A stretch of DNA of 64,000 nt from an uncultured delta proteobacterium. GTDB taxonomy: Bacteria; Desulfobacterota; Binatia; UBA9968. The position numbers and the translations under genes are program-made. Location of the stretch: the NCBI GenBank assembly GCA_963816145.1, contig CAWFJP010000014.1, positions 320,001-384,000 of the forward strand. Reading direction: 5' to 3'. Below, piece by piece: positions 61,625 through 64,000 of the stretch (position 1 is the first letter of the stretch; the number at the start of each line of letters is the position of its first letter). The notes below the pieces were generated by a model. That model had not been told where the DNA came from. It did not search any database and was given only the letters and a program-made list of their open reading frames with translations.

Positions 61625-62647
61625 ATGAAACGCATCGTTATTTGTTTCGATGGGACTTGGAACAAGCCGGCGGATGAGTCGCTGCCGGCCGATCGGCAGG
61701 TGGAAACCAATGTGCGGCGATTTTACGAGTCGGTGCGGCCGCAGTCCGCGGATGGCGTGAAGCAAGTTAAATGGTACGACGAAGGCGTCGGCACTAAATG
61801 GTACGATCAGGTAATCGGCGGCGGTATTGGCTCCGGATTGGAGATGAATATCGTTCAGGGCTACGAGTTCTTGGCCAAGGAGTACGAGGAAGGCGACGAG
61901 ATTTATGTACTCGGTTTTAGCCGCGGCGCGTACACGGCGCGCAGTTTGGTCGGGATGGTGCGTAACTGCGGTCTCATCCAGGCCAAGCATCTTGGGCTAC
62001 GTACCGTGATGGCCTACGGAATTTATCGCACGCGGGGTGATAAAGCCGATTCCGTCACGGCGAAGCTGTTCCGGTCATCGTTTAGCCGCGAAGTGAAGAT
62101 CAAATTCATCGGTGTTTGGGATACCGTCGGCGCGCTCGGCGTACCGCTCGACATTCTCAAAGATGTGAACATGAAGTTTTACGAGTTCCACGACACCAAT
62201 CTCAGCGGCATCGTTGAAAATGCTTATCACGCGATGGCGGTCGACGAGCATCGACAAGACTACGATGTCTGCCGCTGGAATCCGGTGGAAAAGCCGCAGC
62301 AGAATATTGAGCAACGCTGGTTCATCGGCGCGCATTGCGATGTCGGTGGCGGCTACCCGGACCGGCGCTTGTCCGACATAGCGTTACGCTGGATTCAGGA
62401 CAAAGCGAGCGAGTTGGGTTTGGCGCTCGATGCCGTCAATATCGACGCGAAGATTTATCTCGGTGAATACACCGACTCCTACGCCGAGTTTCTTAAGGGC
62501 CTCTACGCCAAACGCATTGCCCGCCACTACCGTCCCATCGATATCGCTAAGTTTGGCAACGAAGTCGTCGATCCGTCGGTGCAACAGCGCCGCAAAGATG
62601 ATCGTGACTACGAGCCGCAAAACGATGGGATGCCGAAGCTCGGGTAA
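61625..62647 (+). CDS. DUF2235 (Tle1-like alpha/beta hydrolase)
   Basis: CFDGTWN, TNV, GFSRGAYTARSL, GVWDTVG, HAMAVDE, WFIGAHCDVGGG. Confidence 0.9.
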   Translation: MKRIVICFDGTWNKPADESLPADRQVETNVRRFYESVRPQSADGVKQVKWYDEGVGTKWYDQVIGGGIGSGLEMNIVQGYEFLAKEYEEGDEIYVLGFSRGAYTARSLVGMVRNCGLIQAKHLGLRTVMAYGIYRTRGDKADSVTAKLFRSSFSREVKIKFIGVWDTVGALGVPLDILKDVNMKFYEFHDTNLSGIVENAYHAMAVDEHRQDYDVCRWNPVEKPQQNIEQRWFIGAHCDVGGGYPDRRLSDIALRWIQDKASELGLALDAVNIDAKIYLGEYTDSYAEFLKGLYAKRIARHYRPIDIAKFGNEVVDPSVQQRRKDDRDYEPQNDGMPKLG

Positions 62648-62717
62648 CGGCGCTCGCGGCTCGACTGATTTGTCCAGCGCGAAGCGCATTGTCGATACGA
62701 GCGGGAAAATTTCTTAA

Positions 62718-63380
62718 ATGACAACACCTCTGGATATTCTTGTTACCGGCGGCACCGGTTACATCGGCCGGCATCTTATCCCATTACTCGTCGCGCGCGG
62801 TCATCAGGTGCGCGTGCTGGCGCGCGAGCAATCGCTCGGCCGGGTGCCCACCGGTGCGGCGGGAGTGGCCGGCGACGCGCTCAACGCCGAGTCGGTGGCG
62901 AGCGCGCTGCGGCCGGGCGATACGGTGATTCATCTGGTCGGCACGCCCCATCCGAGTCCGAGCAAAGCGGATCAATTCGAGAAAGTCGATTTGGTGTCTA
63001 TTCGTTCGACCGTCAGCGCAGCGCGAAAAGTCGGTATCGCGCAGCTGATTTACGTGAGCGTCGCCCAGCCGGCGCCGATTATGCAATCTTACCTCTGGGT
63101 GCGCATGTTGGGCGAGACGATGATTCGCGAAGCCGGGTTGACGGCGAGCATAGTCCGGCCTTGGTATGTCTTGGGCCCGGGCCACTGGTGGCCCAAGCTC
63201 ATCCGGCCGCTGTATCAACTTGCCGACATGATCCCGCCGCTCCGGCCCATGGTCGAGCGCTTGGGTTTGCTGAATATCGAGCAAATGGTGACCGCGATGG
63301 CCTATGCGGTGGAAAACCCGCCGCAGAACGGACAGCGGCGGATCTACGACGTGCCGGCGATCCGCCGGGCGCGGCTGTGA
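62718..63380 (+). CDS. NAD(P)-dependent epimerase/atypical SDR
   Basis: VTGGTGYIG, HLVGTPHPSP, RPWYVLGPG. Confidence 0.82.
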   Translation: MTTPLDILVTGGTGYIGRHLIPLLVARGHQVRVLAREQSLGRVPTGAAGVAGDALNAESVASALRPGDTVIHLVGTPHPSPSKADQFEKVDLVSIRSTVSAARKVGIAQLIYVSVAQPAPIMQSYLWVRMLGETMIREAGLTASIVRPWYVLGPGHWWPKLIRPLYQLADMIPPLRPMVERLGLLNIEQMVTAMAYAVENPPQNGQRRIYDVPAIRRARL

Positions 63381-63437
63381 GTGGTGCGACTGTGCACTCA
63401 AAATTTTGAACAACAAGTTTGAGCATCGATTCAGATG

Positions 63438-63525
63438 CCCCCCTTTGAAAAAGGGGGGGTGGGGGGATTTTCTTAAGCGAGCAGTGATTAAATCCCCCTA
63501 AGTCCCCCTTTTCCAAAGGGAGAAG
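63438..63525. repeat. REP-like double hairpin (cccccttt..aaagggg family)
   Basis: cccccctttgaaaaaggggggg..gggggattt ... aaatccccc..cccccttttccaaaggg. Confidence 0.7.
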
Positions 63526-63549
63526 GTCGGAGTCGTCAGGAGGTGAACT

Positions 63550-63864
63550 ATGGATGTGAAAAATCTATTCGCCAATCTTTCGAACTCCCAGGCTGGCGAA
63601 GAGTTCGTGACGCTGTTTGAAAACACCAGCGTAAAGATCGAGCGCATCGTATCTCATGCGCAGGCGAGCCCGGCAGGCTTTTGGTACGATCAGGAAGAAG
63701 ATGAATGGGTGTCGGTCTTGCGCGGCACCGCGACCCTCGAATTCGCCGGCGGTGAGCTATTGGAGCTAAAAGAAGGCGACTCCCTAATGATTCTGCGCCA
63801 TGTGCGGCATCGCGTCGCGCGGACTAGCGAAGAAACGATTTGGTTGGCCGTTCATATAAAATAA
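63550..63864 (+). CDS. Small cupin domain protein
   Basis: IERIVS, GFWYDQEEDEWV, RHRVART, WLAVH. Confidence 0.85.
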   Translation: MDVKNLFANLSNSQAGEEFVTLFENTSVKIERIVSHAQASPAGFWYDQEEDEWVSVLRGTATLEFAGGELLELKEGDSLMILRHVRHRVARTSEETIWLAVHIK

Positions 63865-64000
63865 ATGGCGGTTCAAGGTTCAAGGGATCAAAAGTTCAAG
63901 GTCGGATATCCCAAGGTCTTCTCGGATTGCGAACCTTGAACCCTGGGACGTTGAACTTTTGAACCGCCGCTACTGCGGCTTGGGCCTGACCCACGGCTTT

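Overview
GC-rich bacterial chromosomal window with about 65 mostly metabolic genes. The many orphan NMT1/TauA- and TctC-type solute-binding proteins suggest a Deltaproteobacteria-like lineage such as Ca. Binatia, but that assignment is inference only. All family calls come from reading motifs by eye; no database searches were run. No rRNA, tRNA or CRISPR array was seen. Main points: (1) A 14.7-24.1 kb co-oriented cluster combines three heme-oxygenase-like diiron (CADD/PqqC/TenA-fold) proteins, an orphan EutA-like ASKHA ATPase with a His-rich N-terminus and no EutBC, a bicupin, a DHDPS-family aldolase, a dihydroxyphthalate-decarboxylase-like protein and binding proteins. It is a candidate undescribed oxidative pathway. 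(2) A split OsmC-like ORF (43432-43926) has an in-frame UGA at the catalytic Cys position, followed by a SECIS-like hairpin, so it is probably a selenoprotein. (3) A decayed integron (55179-57195) has an intI C-terminal remnant co-oriented with three cassettes, two attC sites and TA-like cargo. (4) A class III adenylate cyclase is fused to a Zn-ribbon and a MerT-like membrane domain. (5) Many families of intergenic palindromic repeats are present, including a MITE with a 5-bp target duplication inserted into the loop of a REP-like hairpin. (6) Several genes are pseudogenes or frameshifted.
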